This document shows positions 47,889-60,812 of a stretch of DNA of 64,000 bases, piece by piece. The stretch comes from Xylographa opegraphella (lineage: Eukaryota). Position numbers and translations under genes: made by a program. Where the stretch lies: NCBI GenBank assembly GCA_022813865.1, contig JALDZX010000029.1, positions 124,001-188,000 on the forward strand, written 5' to 3'. Positions within the stretch are counted from its first letter, which is position 1. Each line of letters begins with the position of its first letter. A model generated the notes under the pieces. That model made no database searches. It was not told the origin of the DNA and saw only the letters and a program-made list of their open reading frames with translations.

Positions 47889-48192
47889 AGATATTTCTAT
47901 TCCTTTACTCTGATAGTCTCCTGTACATTGTGTCGATTCTTCAAAAACAGCATTCCTCGTGTCCTTATGCTCTGTGTACTGAGCAGCCGTTTCATAGGCG
48001 CATTGCTTACTCCCATCCGTAGCCATATTGTTCTCGGAAAATTGGAGCTTGTACTAACAGTCGACTGCCCCCTTTTCATCAAGAAGGAAACATCAAAATT
48101 GCACAATCATCATCGAGTCTATAAGTTACTTCAATCTAATCTTTAAGCTTGAGCTACACGCTATGCACCTTTAATCTTGTTATGTCCATAAT

Positions 48193-49357
48193 CTATAGAA
48201 CTCCCTTGACTTTTCCAGCCCGCCCGGTTGAGCTGTCCTGCTTGCTCAGAACCCACATGAACAAAAATTGCACAACATATGCATACAAAAACAGGAACTG
48301 GGTCCTCCGATTCCTCTGAGACCGTGCCACAGTGTGGGCCATACCGCTTCCGGTAGGCGCCGAGGAATCTGGCAACAAAACATATTTGAGGGATCGTAGC
48401 TGCCACAAACTGTTAGGTCTGTTGATGGTTATGCTATTGGCAGTGCATGGGACTCACTAGAAAGAAAGCATTGGCAAGGAACGTATACATAAAGACCGTC
48501 CAGCTTGCCCATCCACCCGTGCCTCGCCCAAGATTGACTATCTCAGAAACCACCAACGTAACAATCACTCCAACGAATTTGTAGCCGGAATACGCAATAA
48601 GGTCAAGTAATTGGGATTCGTTCGTGATTGCCAGAAGATAAGTCCCGAGCTTTAGGATCAAAATTTCAAAAATGACCACGAAAAGCGCATAGGTGAAGGT
48701 GGTGCCCATGACTTCCGGATGAAAGGATCCACGGAGACCGGCTAAAAGTGCAGAAAGTAGAACGTATGTTACGAAAGCCATGACCGGTATGTACATGTCT
48801 GGGGAGTTGAGGTCCTCACGAGGTGGCAGAAAATAGTATGAGTAACTCGATTGATCTTGGGACCCTGTCGTTGATGGTCTCTGCTGTCGTGACCACGGCT
48901 TGTGTCGCCAGGGAAAGAGGACGAGTACGAGCTTGTGCAGGACATAAGAGGTTGTGACATTGAAATAGTGTTTCAAGGCTGATATCGAGACGTAACGGTT
49001 CAGCTGCCACAGTCTTTAGTATTGCTTACAACAACAACACAACTTATTGAGCGATTCTGCACATACGTTTTGCTCCATGTAGTCCTGTCCTGCTGTAACT
49101 GCACTCTTACCCAACTGGAAGCCCATCTGCGCGGTCTGGTCGTTCATGAAACCGCCGAAAGCTGGTGGGAATTGTCCTCCTCCAGTCGCTTGATTCATTT
49201 GTCCCCCATATGGTGTCCCATAGCCGGAGCCTCCCAGTGATTGGGAGGCTGGCGGTGGTGGTGAGCGCATCATGGGAACGGTGGAAACATGTTGCGGTAC
49301 GGGATGATGAAGAGGAGGCGAGTGAGCTATTGGAGGCGCATATCCTTGTCGTTGCAT
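48193..49357 (-). CDS. YIF1: ER-Golgi trafficking membrane protein Yif1/Hrf1
   Basis: DQTAQMGFQ, LKHYFNVTTSYVLHKL, PREDLNSPDMYIPVMAFVTY, DLIAYSGYKFVG, FFLLRSLKYVLLP. Confidence 0.94.
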
Positions 49358-50635
49358 TTCCCTATGGTCCTCCAATTAGTGTTTCTAGCTTTCGACCAGT
49401 GGTCTTGAGTTGAAATTGTACAATAGCACTGGGATATTTGAACGTTCTGGCTAGTCTACCTGAAAGTCGAGCATACCGTAGCTTTCGGCTATAATGCCGC
49501 CTAATTTACTTCGTAATCACGAGCTAGATCGCTTATGAGCGGCAACTAACTACATACGGCTGACCCGCTCAATGAGATCCATGGTATTTCTGTGGCTGTG
49601 TTGTTTTCCCTTACATCACAGGGTTGTCCATGCTGTGTTTGATCTCTGCCGTTTTGCTTCTCGCCCCTCCTGTGTACATGTTCACTTTTTGTTATCTCTT
49701 TCTACAACCCACTCCTTCTCAGCTTCAACTCTTCAGACTCTCCATGCCTCAGCCTCAGTCCCCCAATAGCACTCGCCGTCAATCACAACTTCCCTAGATG
49801 GAAGGGCTGAGCCAAATGGTGATACTACTTGCTCGGTCTGCTTATGTTCGCTCTCGGCGTCCATGATTTTGAAGATCAGTCCTGTTATTTCATTCCCTTC
49901 CTTGTCTGTGAGGGGCGACTTCACCCATGTAGGGCTACGCACATTTAATGTCCCCATGTTCTATACGCTTCTGCTTCTTGGGCTCAGTATGTTAACAAAG
50001 TAGTCGGAGTTCCTCGCCTAGGAAAAAGGACGCGACGAAAGGTGAATGGAAGTGGAAGCGCGGTAACGAGAGTACGCTGCTGGAGACTGGGAAGCGTGGA
50101 ATGGTGCACTGTCAGATCTTTGATAGTGTAATGAAGGATTGTCTCTTTGTAGAGTATGTACTGGGCAGTCAAGGGGCAGAGACAATGAAGTAAGCTCATC
50201 CATACCTACTCAGCGCTGCCTGCGAATAATCAATATCAGTAATATAGTACCGTCTACCAGCATATGAGCCACGCAGTCATTCAAGCTACGACTCGTTCCC
50301 TGACCGGGCAATAGTTGAATCGCCACCTTGGATTGATTTTGGTATCCCAGGCCATACCGACCTCGTCCACAAGGTACGAGAAGAATGTGAGATACTACTT
50401 CGAGGCTCTGGTGCAAATAGTAGTACGATCATCAGCAAAAAATGTCTAGTGACGCCTTGATGCAACGCAGCTATCCCAGTTGATGATATTTTATCATGTG
50501 GAAGTCTAGGTTGTTTATATTTTATCACAAGCATTGCACGTTCGAAAGTGAGAGAAAACAAGAACTTATATCTATCTGATGTAACATGAACGATTGCTTA
50601 TTCAATTTCTAATTTTGCGCGGCGACTTTCTGCAC

Positions 50636-51285
50636 TCAGTTTATGCGTATGTTCCGCTTTTGGGTCCTGTGCCTCTGCGCAGGTCGCTGTACAGCTGGTC
50701 CTGGAGCTGGTCGCTTCTTCGAATCGCCTACTTTCTTCTTGTCTGATTTGTTATCCGCGCTCGACACTGTGGATGCGGAATCCCATTCGGAGTTATTGAT
50801 AATTTCCCCGGATTTGCCGTTGCATTCGCACTCCTGATTGGAGCCACGCCCACCACAACTTGGTGCAGGACAAGTACAAGCCGGCTTACCACTCATTGGC
50901 AGGACCATGCAAGTCGCTTCCTTCTTGCCACGGCAGTAGCCTTCGCCATGCTGTAAGAGCATGGTACGTCAGCGGAGTGCATGAGAAGTGGGAGTCAGTG
51001 ACTAACGCATTCCCCGCGGGCAAAGAGGCGGCCTGGGTCGCGGCGGAAAAATCGCTGATGCGAGAGTTCTTCGTAATGGAAAGGGTCTGCTTCACGAGCG
51101 TGGATCTCGGGTTCGTTGCGTTCGTTGAGGTTGAAGTTGAAGTCACCAAACTCGTTGTCTCGCTCATATAGATCATAGGTCTCGCGGACATGGAGGTCTC
51201 CACTCTCATCACCGGGAAAGCCCTGTTGGACAGCAGCTGATGCGGCGATAAATGCAAGAACGACGCCGAATTTGAATTGACGCAT
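50636..51285 (-). CDS. 197-aa secreted prepro-protein with Kex2-type pro-repeats, 8-Cys core and basic tail
   Basis: Signal-like MRQFKFGVVLAFIAASAA. A 56-nt GTTAGT...GCTGAC...CAG intron (50951-51006) joins ORFs 50995-51285 and 50636-50962 in frame. TATAAA at ~51402-51407. Confidence 0.8.
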
Positions 51286-53342
51286 GGTGTAGATAAGGAG
51301 GGAGTAAGAGGATTGATATAAATACTTATGGTTTGCACGTTAGAACTGATGGGTTTGCGACTCTACTGGTGAAAGTGTGCATGAGGACCTCCGGCCCTGC
51401 CTTTATAGACAGCTTTTTGCTTACCCATTTCAAAGAACGTAGTAACGAATTACCAACATCGAAACACTGAATAATTCCATCAAGCGCTTAGGGATACTCT
51501 CCATCGGGAGTTGGGAGGCGCAAGCAATCAATATTCAGATCTTTATAAAGACGATCGGTCTCAAACTCATAATAAAGGGCCAGTGGACTCCGAGTGTGCT
51601 TACTACAGCGCCACTGAATACACAATATTATCTTTGTCCACGATAACATGCATGATTGGTACAACTATGACTGATTGATTACTATCGACTCCATTCGAAG
51701 ATTTTACACAATGAACGAGGCCTATCAAAATTGGAATGCTGCCGAGTAGTTACCAGATTTGGGAGGCCGTGCTGCCAACATGATTACCCTCGAATTCACC
51801 CGGCGGAGGTAAGCTTCATTACCTCCCGGGCACTCTCGAATATTCAGGTACTATATGCTGAAAGCGTGCTTGCATAACAATTTTTGGGAAAGAGCACTGA
51901 CGTGCGACTCCTGCAAGGAATGGCTGCAAGGCTGTAGATAAACGGGACAATACAATACGTGGTTATCGACATCGGAATTGCGGAGTCCAGTTTGCATTTC
52001 GCATTCAAAGCAACGTTTCATATCTACTAGAAGCTTGAGTACATCGTACATGAAGCTTGGAGTTATAGCCTTGGCCTGTGAGCACGGAAGGGGTGGAGGC
52101 ATCCGGGTACGTAAATGAGACCCGTGTATGTGAGGCACTTGGATCCTCCCGACGATAATCATAGTATATGATGAGATGAGACGCGCACAAGTTTCATGAT
52201 GAAGTAGGCATAGACCCTGCCACGGTTGGTCAGGATCTATAACCCTCGCAAGACGATGGGCGGTGACGAAACGAAATCTATTGAACTTCTTGAAGCCAAG
52301 GTAGATCGCTTCGTCCAACGTGGTTGCTGCCTGAAGTGTACAAGCCTCGTTTGTCGATAGGCATATGAGACCTCTTTCTGAGGGTGCAAATAGTTGGAAG
52401 GCCTATCAGAGAGCGGAAAACGGATCAGAGGCATTCATCAGAATTGGTTTCTTCATTAAGCTATTGAGAAAACCTTTTCGTACAACTTTATGAGTGAGAA
52501 TTCCTTGTACACTGAGTTCAATTGTGTAGTAATCGAAAGCTTTGCGAACAAGGCCTAGACATTGATAGCCCTTGAGCGATACGTACATAGCTTAGCTGTT
52601 AAAGATAGAGCTAGACTGCTTGACAGGCAGTACGAGTTGATAATGGTGCCTCGCCGCCGTTCCCAGACCTTCATCTCTTTTCCAATGCCAGGCGCCTGAG
52701 AAGACGATAACCGTCACAACAGGGTTACTGAGAATGCTTTCGGAGATCTATACTCCGGCAGTCAAGCAAGAGTCATAACATCAATACCGCTTGTAGAAAG
52801 ATAGATTTCTCCCGGGCTTGAGATGGTTCATTCTCTTTCCATATATCAGGAACAGATACAGGTCTGGCTGGCGATCGCTGCTATAAGTGACCTCCTCTTA
52901 TCAGACAATTGACGAACGAGTGTCATCACAAAGGAAAGCTCCATGCTAACCCTTACGTCCAGACCATGCTGAACTCAACATCGAGCGACAATGATTGAGA
53001 ATGTAGAAATGATCAGCTGCAAGCTCAGTAGCATTGGGTAGACTGAGCAGAGCGTAACACGACGAAGCAGCAGGATAGATGTGGACAACCGGCCACTCTA
53101 ATATTTGCATCTGGTTTCATGTGGTGTGCTTTCCCGCAAGGGGGCGACAACCCGCCGGTGACTCGTCACCAACCTCGTGCAGAACACGAAAAGTGTTTTC
53201 TATATTTGGAAAGTTCGGTCGTAGGAAGTGTGGCTGGTCATACTCCGTATGAATGCTGTATTCTTCTACCGCCAAGCCATGACGATGTGGAGTCAATCGA
53301 CACCAGTCTTTCTCTTCGACAGCCTTTGCAGATCTGTAAATC

Positions 53343-55508
53343 ATGCTCGATAGTTTCGAGATCCTCACCACATCCGGTGTTGTCCTTTGGTCGCGTTCTT
53401 ACGACTTTGTGTCTCCCAGTATCATTAATAGTCTCATAAAAGATGTCTTCATTGAGGAGACAGTGCTTCCCGGCGCAAGTGTTGCTGACGATGCCTCGGC
53501 AGCTCGCAACCTTCTGTATAAAAAGGACAAGTACACCCTGAAGTGGACGACCGTGAAAGACCTCGGCTTAATATTTGTTGTATGTGTGCTTAGACTCACA
53601 TCTGCTTTACCACTTGACATTTTGCTAATAAAGGAGTGTCGTTGGCGCAGGCAGTGTATCAATCTTTACTACAACTTTCATGGATCGACAAGCTTCTGGA
53701 TAATATTAAGACACTTTTTGTAGACCTATATGGCGATCAACTCAGGAAGCCCCATACAAGTGTTGTGGAGTGTGAGTTCGATGCATACTTTGACCAGCAA
53801 TTAAGGGAGTTGGATGGCTCGGTGGACACTCGTGGTCCACCTCTGAAATCGCAAGAGGACCTTACACCACCTTCGAGCTCCGGTACTGGAGATGAGCCTC
53901 CTCCTCCTATTCCAGGCTTATTACAAGGTGAGCACAGGCATATTTAATGGAAAGATGTTAATGCTAATCGCATACTACAGCCTCTCAAAGGCCTCTGCCT
54001 GGCAATGCTACGTCGACAGATGCGACCCCAATACCCACCCCAGATACTTCAAGACCTACTACGCCTTTAGTCGGCCATCTGCTGTCTGGATCAGCAGGTC
54101 CGAAAGGGACTTCACGCCGAGCCAAGAAGGCAGCAGCACTTTCTGCAAATGTTTCTTCGGGAGAGGAGACCTCGCGAAGAAAGCCAAAGCCCAACAAGGC
54201 AACATCGAAGAAATTAAGGAAATGGGACGCAGATGGATTTGCTGATGAAGACGACGAAGTGACTTTGGATTATTCGGCCACCTCGCCGGGTGCCGAGGGA
54301 GGAGATGAACTAGGCGAGAGCGCAAACGCCACTGTAGAAGATATAAGGCCAGAAACCTTTGGCACACGGACTGGCAAGGGACAATTCGTGCTAAAAGACC
54401 TCGACAATGAGGTACATTCGATACTGCAAGGCGCTAATGCCAAAAAAGCCCCTGATACTACAGTCTCAACCGGTGTCCTTGGGTCAAGCCTTGGTGCCAT
54501 CAGCGGCCTCTTCCGTAACATCATTGGCGGTAAAGTCCTTACTAAAGCCGACCTTGACAAGCCTATGAGAGGTATAGAGGAGCACCTTCTCAAGAAAAAC
54601 GTCGCGCGAGAAGCAGCTGTGCGCCTCTGCGAGGGTGTTGAGCGTGAGCTCATTGGTGTCAAGACTGGCAGTTTTGAAAGTACGCATCTCGTTCTCCCCT
54701 GCTGATCTCACCTAACTTAACCCCCGTATTAGGCGTTGAAGCCACAATCCGTACCTCAATGGAATCCTCGCTTCGCAAGATCCTCACCCCAACCACTTCC
54801 CTCGACCTCCTCCGTGCCATAACCAACACCACCTCCCCTTCCGCCTTAAACCCTCTCACCTCTTTCCGGCGCCCGTACGTCATCTCCATCGTCGGCGTCA
54901 ATGGCGTTGGCAAATCCACCAACCTCTCCAAACTCGCCTTCTTCCTCCTCCAGAACGACTTCAAGATCCTCATCGCCGCCTGTGACACCTTCCGCTCCGG
55001 CGCCGTGGAGCAGCTGCGCGTGCACGCCCGCAACCTGAAGGAGCTTGCTCAGCGCGAGGGGCTCGGCAAGGTCGAGCTCTTCGAGAAGGGCTACGGCAAG
55101 GACGCGGCCAACATCGCCAAAGATGCCGTTGCTTACGCGGCCGCGCAGCGATTCGACGTCGTGCTCATCGACACGGCGGGGCGCCGGCACAACGACGCGC
55201 GGCTGATGTCGAACCTGGAGAAGTTCGGACAGCTGGCGAACCCGGACAAGATATTCATGGTTGGGGAGGCGCTGGTGGGGTCGGACAGTGTGGCGCAGGC
55301 GAGGAATTTCAACGCGGCGTTTGGGCCCGGGAGGCACTTGGATGGCTTCATCATCAGTAAGTGCGATACGGTGGGGGATATGGTGGGGAGCTTGGTCAGT
55401 ATGGTGCATGCCACTGGGATACCTGTGGTGTTTCTGGGGGTCGGGCAGCACTATGGGGATTTAAGGACATTGAATGTGGGGTGGGCGGTTAATATGTTGA
55501 TGTCGTAG
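53343..55508 (+). CDS. SRP101: Signal recognition particle receptor alpha subunit
   Basis: MLDSFEILTTSGVVLW, GVNGVGKSTNLSK, DTFRSGAVEQL, DTAGR, FMVGEALVG, SKCDTV, FLGVGQHYGDL. Confidence 0.96.
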
Positions 55509-55813
55509 CATATTTAGAAGTCTATCAGTACTACTGTCTAGTATTACTCTCATTGTAGTTGAGACCACTAATAACTGTATGGTTTTCGCCTCCTGGGGCC
55601 AGTGGACAGTAGACATGGTGTGAAGGCCCAAATGCATTAGATCGATATGATTTGAAAGCGCGACTGCTTCCAAGATGTGATTACGTATTATCTGTCTAAC
55701 TTATTACATTGAGAGCTGTCCTCTCATCATCTATGGCGTCGACCTATGTGGTATGAAGTATGGCCCACAGGTTCTTCCCGATAAATTTACAGCCGTCAGA
55801 CAACTAAACTCTT

Positions 55814-57265
55814 TTATTTCTTTTTTCGAATGACTTCAAGAGTGTCAAGTAGCCAGTCACCAATGTTGGATCCTGCAATATCCACCGGTAAATCGCGAGA
55901 CTCGGCCCTTTTCTGCAATGCCCATTCCACAAGCTCGGTGTCGTCGCAGTCGATGTCAGTACTGGCATCGCCCCCGAGCAAAGCCTGGAGCGTCTTGAGG
56001 TTGGGCGTCTTCTCCAAGACGGCAATCTTCAGATGCTTGGTCGAAGACACCACACCTACAGTGGCGGACTCGAACCGGATTTTACTAGCCGGCATCCTCC
56101 ACGAAGCATGCGGATTTGTGAGGACTTCCAAAGTTAGTTTCCCCGTCTCTATATCCTCGCGGCATTGTTGGACATGGTTGAGTCGAGCCTCCTTGAGAAC
56201 ATCGGATTCCCATGTTCCCACTGTTCGGAGTATAGAGATTGCATTACTATTGTCTTCTCTAATCGCGTCTTCAAAACCTTGCAGTGCAACCTCGCCGCTT
56301 GTGCTACCGAGCCAGTCCAGCTTAGCTTCTGCATCGAGGAGCAATCTCAGGAAGTAGCCACGTTCATTGGTCCAGGGGCCGTGAAGTAACTTTTCTGGGA
56401 TTTGGCAATCTTTCATGGAGCCGGCTGAGAACATGGAATGAATGATACGCGGATATTTTTCGTGTTTATACAGAAAGTAATCCTTTGGCCAGAATTTGTT
56501 TTCCGGATCTGCTACCCACGGTGTAAAAACCTCCATGCAGCTCCCTTCATTATCCAAGACTATTGAGAATGCAACCCCTTCATAGTCGGTTCCGGCAAAT
56601 ACTATATCTCGAGATGAGCTGTCAGGGGGTGGAGGAAAATCTCCTGTAGATGGGTAACGAAGCGGGTCCAACTTCATCGATATTCGATGGCTCAAGCTGT
56701 AGTAATTATCGAAGGCTTCAGTAAGTTTCGCCATATTACCGCGATATACGTCTTGAGCTACCGCTCCAGAGTATTTCTGAAGAACCCGAATGGCGAGTCG
56801 TAGGAAATGAGTCTTTTGACAATGCTGAAGCAAATTATACGTCAACCACTTCTGGCGTAGCAAGCCTGACTGGAATTCAGCGTAAAGGAGAGGCTCATGC
56901 TCCGCGTGATCAGCAAAGGCATGTATTACGAGCTCTCTCCTCAAATGGGGTGACGCCAGGACAGATCCGAGATGTAAGGATGACAACGGGAGATTGAGGT
57001 TTATGGATTGGAGGAAAATTGTTTGGAGCAACTCCGTCGGCAGCTTCTCTAAGGCGGAAAGCTGATGGGGATATGTCGCCACCGTATTGGCTGCACCGTG
57101 ATCATCTGTTATCACTGACTGAGTTGCAAGACGCTTGCTGTTGCGCGGCCGGCCGGTACGAGGTTTGGGTTCGTCTTTAGCTGACGATGAAAATTCCGCA
57201 TGTTTTTGTTTCTTGCGCGACTGATCGCGCTTGTTCTTACCACGGACTCGTATTGGGGTTAACAT
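55814..57265 (-). CDS. Hypothetical protein with F-box-like motif
   Basis: ~480-codon intronless ORF from the first ATG at 57265. Basic N-terminus, LSALEKLPTELLQTIFLQSINLNLP (F-box-like), and later IPEKLLHGPWT..FLRLLL. Confidence 0.7.
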   Translation of the reverse strand: MLTPIRVRGKNKRDQSRKKQKHAEFSSSAKDEPKPRTGRPRNSKRLATQSVITDDHGAANTVATYPHQLSALEKLPTELLQTIFLQSINLNLPLSSLHLGSVLASPHLRRELVIHAFADHAEHEPLLYAEFQSGLLRQKWLTYNLLQHCQKTHFLRLAIRVLQKYSGAVAQDVYRGNMAKLTEAFDNYYSLSHRISMKLDPLRYPSTGDFPPPPDSSSRDIVFAGTDYEGVAFSIVLDNEGSCMEVFTPWVADPENKFWPKDYFLYKHEKYPRIIHSMFSAGSMKDCQIPEKLLHGPWTNERGYFLRLLLDAEAKLDWLGSTSGEVALQGFEDAIREDNSNAISILRTVGTWESDVLKEARLNHVQQCREDIETGKLTLEVLTNPHASWRMPASKIRFESATVGVVSSTKHLKIAVLEKTPNLKTLQALLGGDASTDIDCDDTELVEWALQKRAESRDLPVDIAGSNIGDWLLDTLEVIRKKK

Positions 57266-59857
57266 TGGTAACGCCCTGCTGAATGGAGGTGCGTCTGCCG
57301 ATGTGCGTTTCCACGTTGCCACGACCTCGGGTTCTATTTTCCAATTATGAGACAGCAAGGAGGGCTAGTAGTCAAAGAGCACCAATAATATTAGACGATT
57401 TAGGCAGGTAAAGGGATGCGGAAAGGTCCTGAATTTAAGGTTGACATTCCTAGGTGCGCAAACCTCGTTAAGCGAGCCCTAGCTAAGGAGCTAAGCTCAG
57501 CTAAAGTATGGTACCGACACACTAAGGTACATGACTCGGGTCTCGTCAAAATGATCCTGTCTCCAAGGCATTCGGTACCTACCTTATAATGTGGTCTGCG
57601 GACTTGTTTTCTTGATACTGTACAACCTTTCACCACAGTGACACTCCTCTGCGTTGGTTCAAGCCGTCACTGCATGGTAATTTATCGCATAGTACTTCAC
57701 TAGCATATTGTATGTGAACTTTTATGCTTCATGCCTAAATAATATGTAGAATAGCTTTATGCGCCTTCATGCATTGTTAAGTGCGAATGTATCTTCCGTC
57801 CACACACCACCTTTGCAATTTCGGCCATTTTGTCACCATCTTTGCTCTATAGTGGGACATTGTGTCTGCACATCTTTGGGGGTTTATCATGAGGATTGTC
57901 TCATCACGTAATGTGCTGCTCTTATCTTTCAACAAGCATATAATACCAGGACCGATCGTCAACGCGTCCTGGATATCTGGCCTTCACGTGACGTTCGTCT
58001 TGGATGTACCTCCGTAATGTGGACTTCCTTCGTGCACCAGCTACTGGCGGTAAAGAGCTTTGTGCTTCTCGTCTGAGCCTCTGCTGGGTAGAATGAACGA
58101 ATTGCCTTCAAATGCTCACATAACCCGAGACCATTGTCTCTGTCTCTATTTGTAGCCGGACCAGCAATCTTTCCATTAAGGGTTCCTGGATATCTTGAAA
58201 AGTACCCTGGGGAACGGGCCATCATCATAGAGCTCGGAGCAGGCACATGGTAGCCTTGATCACTTGCGTGCGCTCTACTAGCCACTTCGATGTAAGCCGC
58301 AGGAAGCCGTGGTAGCAGTATCGCAGTAACGATTTAGGTGTCAGACCTTTGAACCATGGGTCATGTACATCCTGAGAACCTTGGCAAACGTGTCTAAAAG
58401 GTACACACTTTTTCGAGCTGGCTATTACGAACGGCAATACCGATCCCCTACCCAGACGCGATGGAAACCTTGTGTTGCGGCAGCAGATGTGGCTCGAAGC
58501 TAAGTGGCTCGGTGACCACAACATCAAGATCATTCGTGACCACACCCACTGCTACTACAAGATCAAACTCCAGGCTCAAGAGGTAATGCTGTTATTGTGA
58601 CTTGTGGCTGGATGGTAAACATCGTTTGCACGTTTCGCAATGTACTTGCATTGTTAGTTAAGGAGAAAAGCTAAATAGCTATCGATATCAAGATCTCGTC
58701 GCTGTGTTCCAGACGTATCTAACTTGTACATAGAAAGGACTGACACGAATGACCATTACAAACGCCTGTTGGCGCCATCTTCTGCAATACCATCCTGCAT
58801 TCGAACCGAAATTTAATTTTGACTCGGTCACGGCACTTTGTTTGTCGTTTTACATCATCTGCATGTAAAAGCATTCAGGATAGCTATTGTCAACAGAACA
58901 AGTACAGTAACAACCAAGCAGTAACTGATCAAAAGGATACCTTCGTCTCCAAGCCCTCCCTGGTCCAGTCTTATCTAGATCCCGCAAATATCAGACTTTT
59001 CGCATATCCTCCAAGTGACAGCTTCCGCCACCTTCATATGTATTCCACAGGCCGGCAGACGCCCAGACCGATGGTGCGATTCGATACGTAATCCAACAAC
59101 TCCCTTCCTCCTTGGCGTGCTTGGTATCGCTCCCTCAACCTCCAGCAGCGCGTCTCACCTCCGTATCCGGCTAACGAAGATCACCAATCGGCACTCGCAT
59201 GACTTCACCAGCCACATCCACGCCACACGTCTCGGCACGATCGGCAGCTGATTTCCCCCATCCAGCTCAAGAGCAACGCCACTGCGCCGGGATCTTCACG
59301 CTTTAACCCGGACAGGAATAAACGTCCTGTGGCGCAAGCTCTTAGCAATCTCCCTTCCCAGTTCCCAGCTCAGCGCAGCCCTGCCGGCAGCACATCGTGA
59401 TATGAAGCGCGCGCTGTGATTCGATGCGCGAAAAGCTCAATCCGTGGCTCGGTGGTCGAATGCGGATGGGAGTATCACGCTGCGATGAAGTCATAAGCGC
59501 TTGGGATGCTGAGACAGGAGGTATTTAGATGGCTGGAGAGCGCTGCGCTTTCTGGAGAAATACCACGCACAAGTATTATTATTTATTGTCTGTTTGAGCA
59601 TCTGCGATCCAGACCTCTAGGCACTTTTAGCTCTGCCGCCCGTTACACACTGCTTGCTACGTCATTTCTAATTTCCACCGCAAAGAAAAAATAAGTAGGG
59701 CGCGCCGGCCTTTTTGCTTATCCACATCAACATCGTCTCCACAAAAACAGAGCATCAGCCGCAACGATCCACCAAAACCGAAACTCTTAGGTACACTTTG
59801 CGAGCCTACCCTCAAAGTCTCCAAATACAAGACGCGTAAAGCGCACCACCAGCAATC

Positions 59858-60331
59858 ATGGGTGCCGTCGTATCATGCGTAAGTCCTTCCCAACACCGCG
59901 CTGTACTCTCGAATTTCCATATCCACCTCAGCACCACATCCAAACCCCAAGAACAACAGCCATGGCTTGTTCTTCCGAAGCTCTATCTCGATTGCCGCTG
60001 GACCTCTTTCCACACCTTTTACGTACCGAGCACTGCTCGAGCTTTTCTCGCATAGGATTCATCCGCAACATTCATCCACCCATCCTTCTTCGTCGCCGCT
60101 CCTCAACTCTCCTCGCGTCCCTACATTTTATAACCTAGCCACTAACACGCCACCCAGATTAAATCCATCTTCCAGACCATCGGCGCATGCCTCATGGCCA
60201 TCGTCAACGGCATCGGCGCCGTCCTACAAGCCATCATCGGCGCCATCGTCAGCCTGTTCGACATCATTATCTCCTGCCTGACCTGCGGCCGCGGTGGTGG
60301 GAGGCGGAGAGGTGGCGGCAGTCATGTCTGA
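59858..60331 (+). CDS. 64-aa hydrophobic amphipathic protein, putatively N-myristoylated/palmitoylated
   Basis: Exon 59858-59878 (MGAVVSC), 279-nt GTAAGT..CTAAC..CAG intron, exon 60158-60331 (IKSIFQTIGACLMAIVNGIGAVLQAIIGAIVSLFDIIISCLTCGRGGGRRRGGGSHV*). Strong C-ending codon bias. Confidence 0.85.
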
Positions 60332-60812
60332 TCCTCACCCAGTGGCCAACCCCGTTCTCTCTGCTCCGCCAAGATAGATCACAACGAATCTCGAGTGTCG
60401 TGAGCATTGGTCGAATGATAAGGGATTGGAGGCTTGGGTGTGGCTTATACAGGGAAAGGCTTTGGATGTGAGAGAGATTGGGGTTATTGTGATACTAGCA
60501 TTCATTTCTTGAGTATTTGAACTTTCTGAGACGTTATCGTTTATTTGAGGAGGAAGGTTAGGAGAGACGGCTTGGAGGGCATGCGAGCGAGTGCGAACGA
60601 TGATACCCACTGCGAAACCGCGAACTGTATTAATGATTTGCTATTTCTCGCTTTACTCACGATGTTCAGGCGACATCTTGTGGACGTGTACGACTGATAT
60701 TATCTATGTACAGACACTTTAGCCTTTCGCCACAGCATCCGAAGTCTCTTGCGCAACACCGGAGCCTGTTGCAGCCCGGTCCATTCCTGCATCTCACCCT
60801 CGGCAGCTGCTC

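Noticed and set aside
49733..49957. 74-aa minus-strand ORF with a true ATG
   Set aside because: Plausible but has no motif or other support; needs expression data.
51851..52750. Fragmented minus-strand ORFs that could be a decayed gene
   Set aside because: Could not build a consistent spliced model or recognise a family.
58376..58600. Coding-like + strand stretch (PWQTCLKGTHFFELAI...HCYYKIKLQ)
   Set aside because: Bounded by stops with no start or clear exon partners; at most an unidentifiable fragment.
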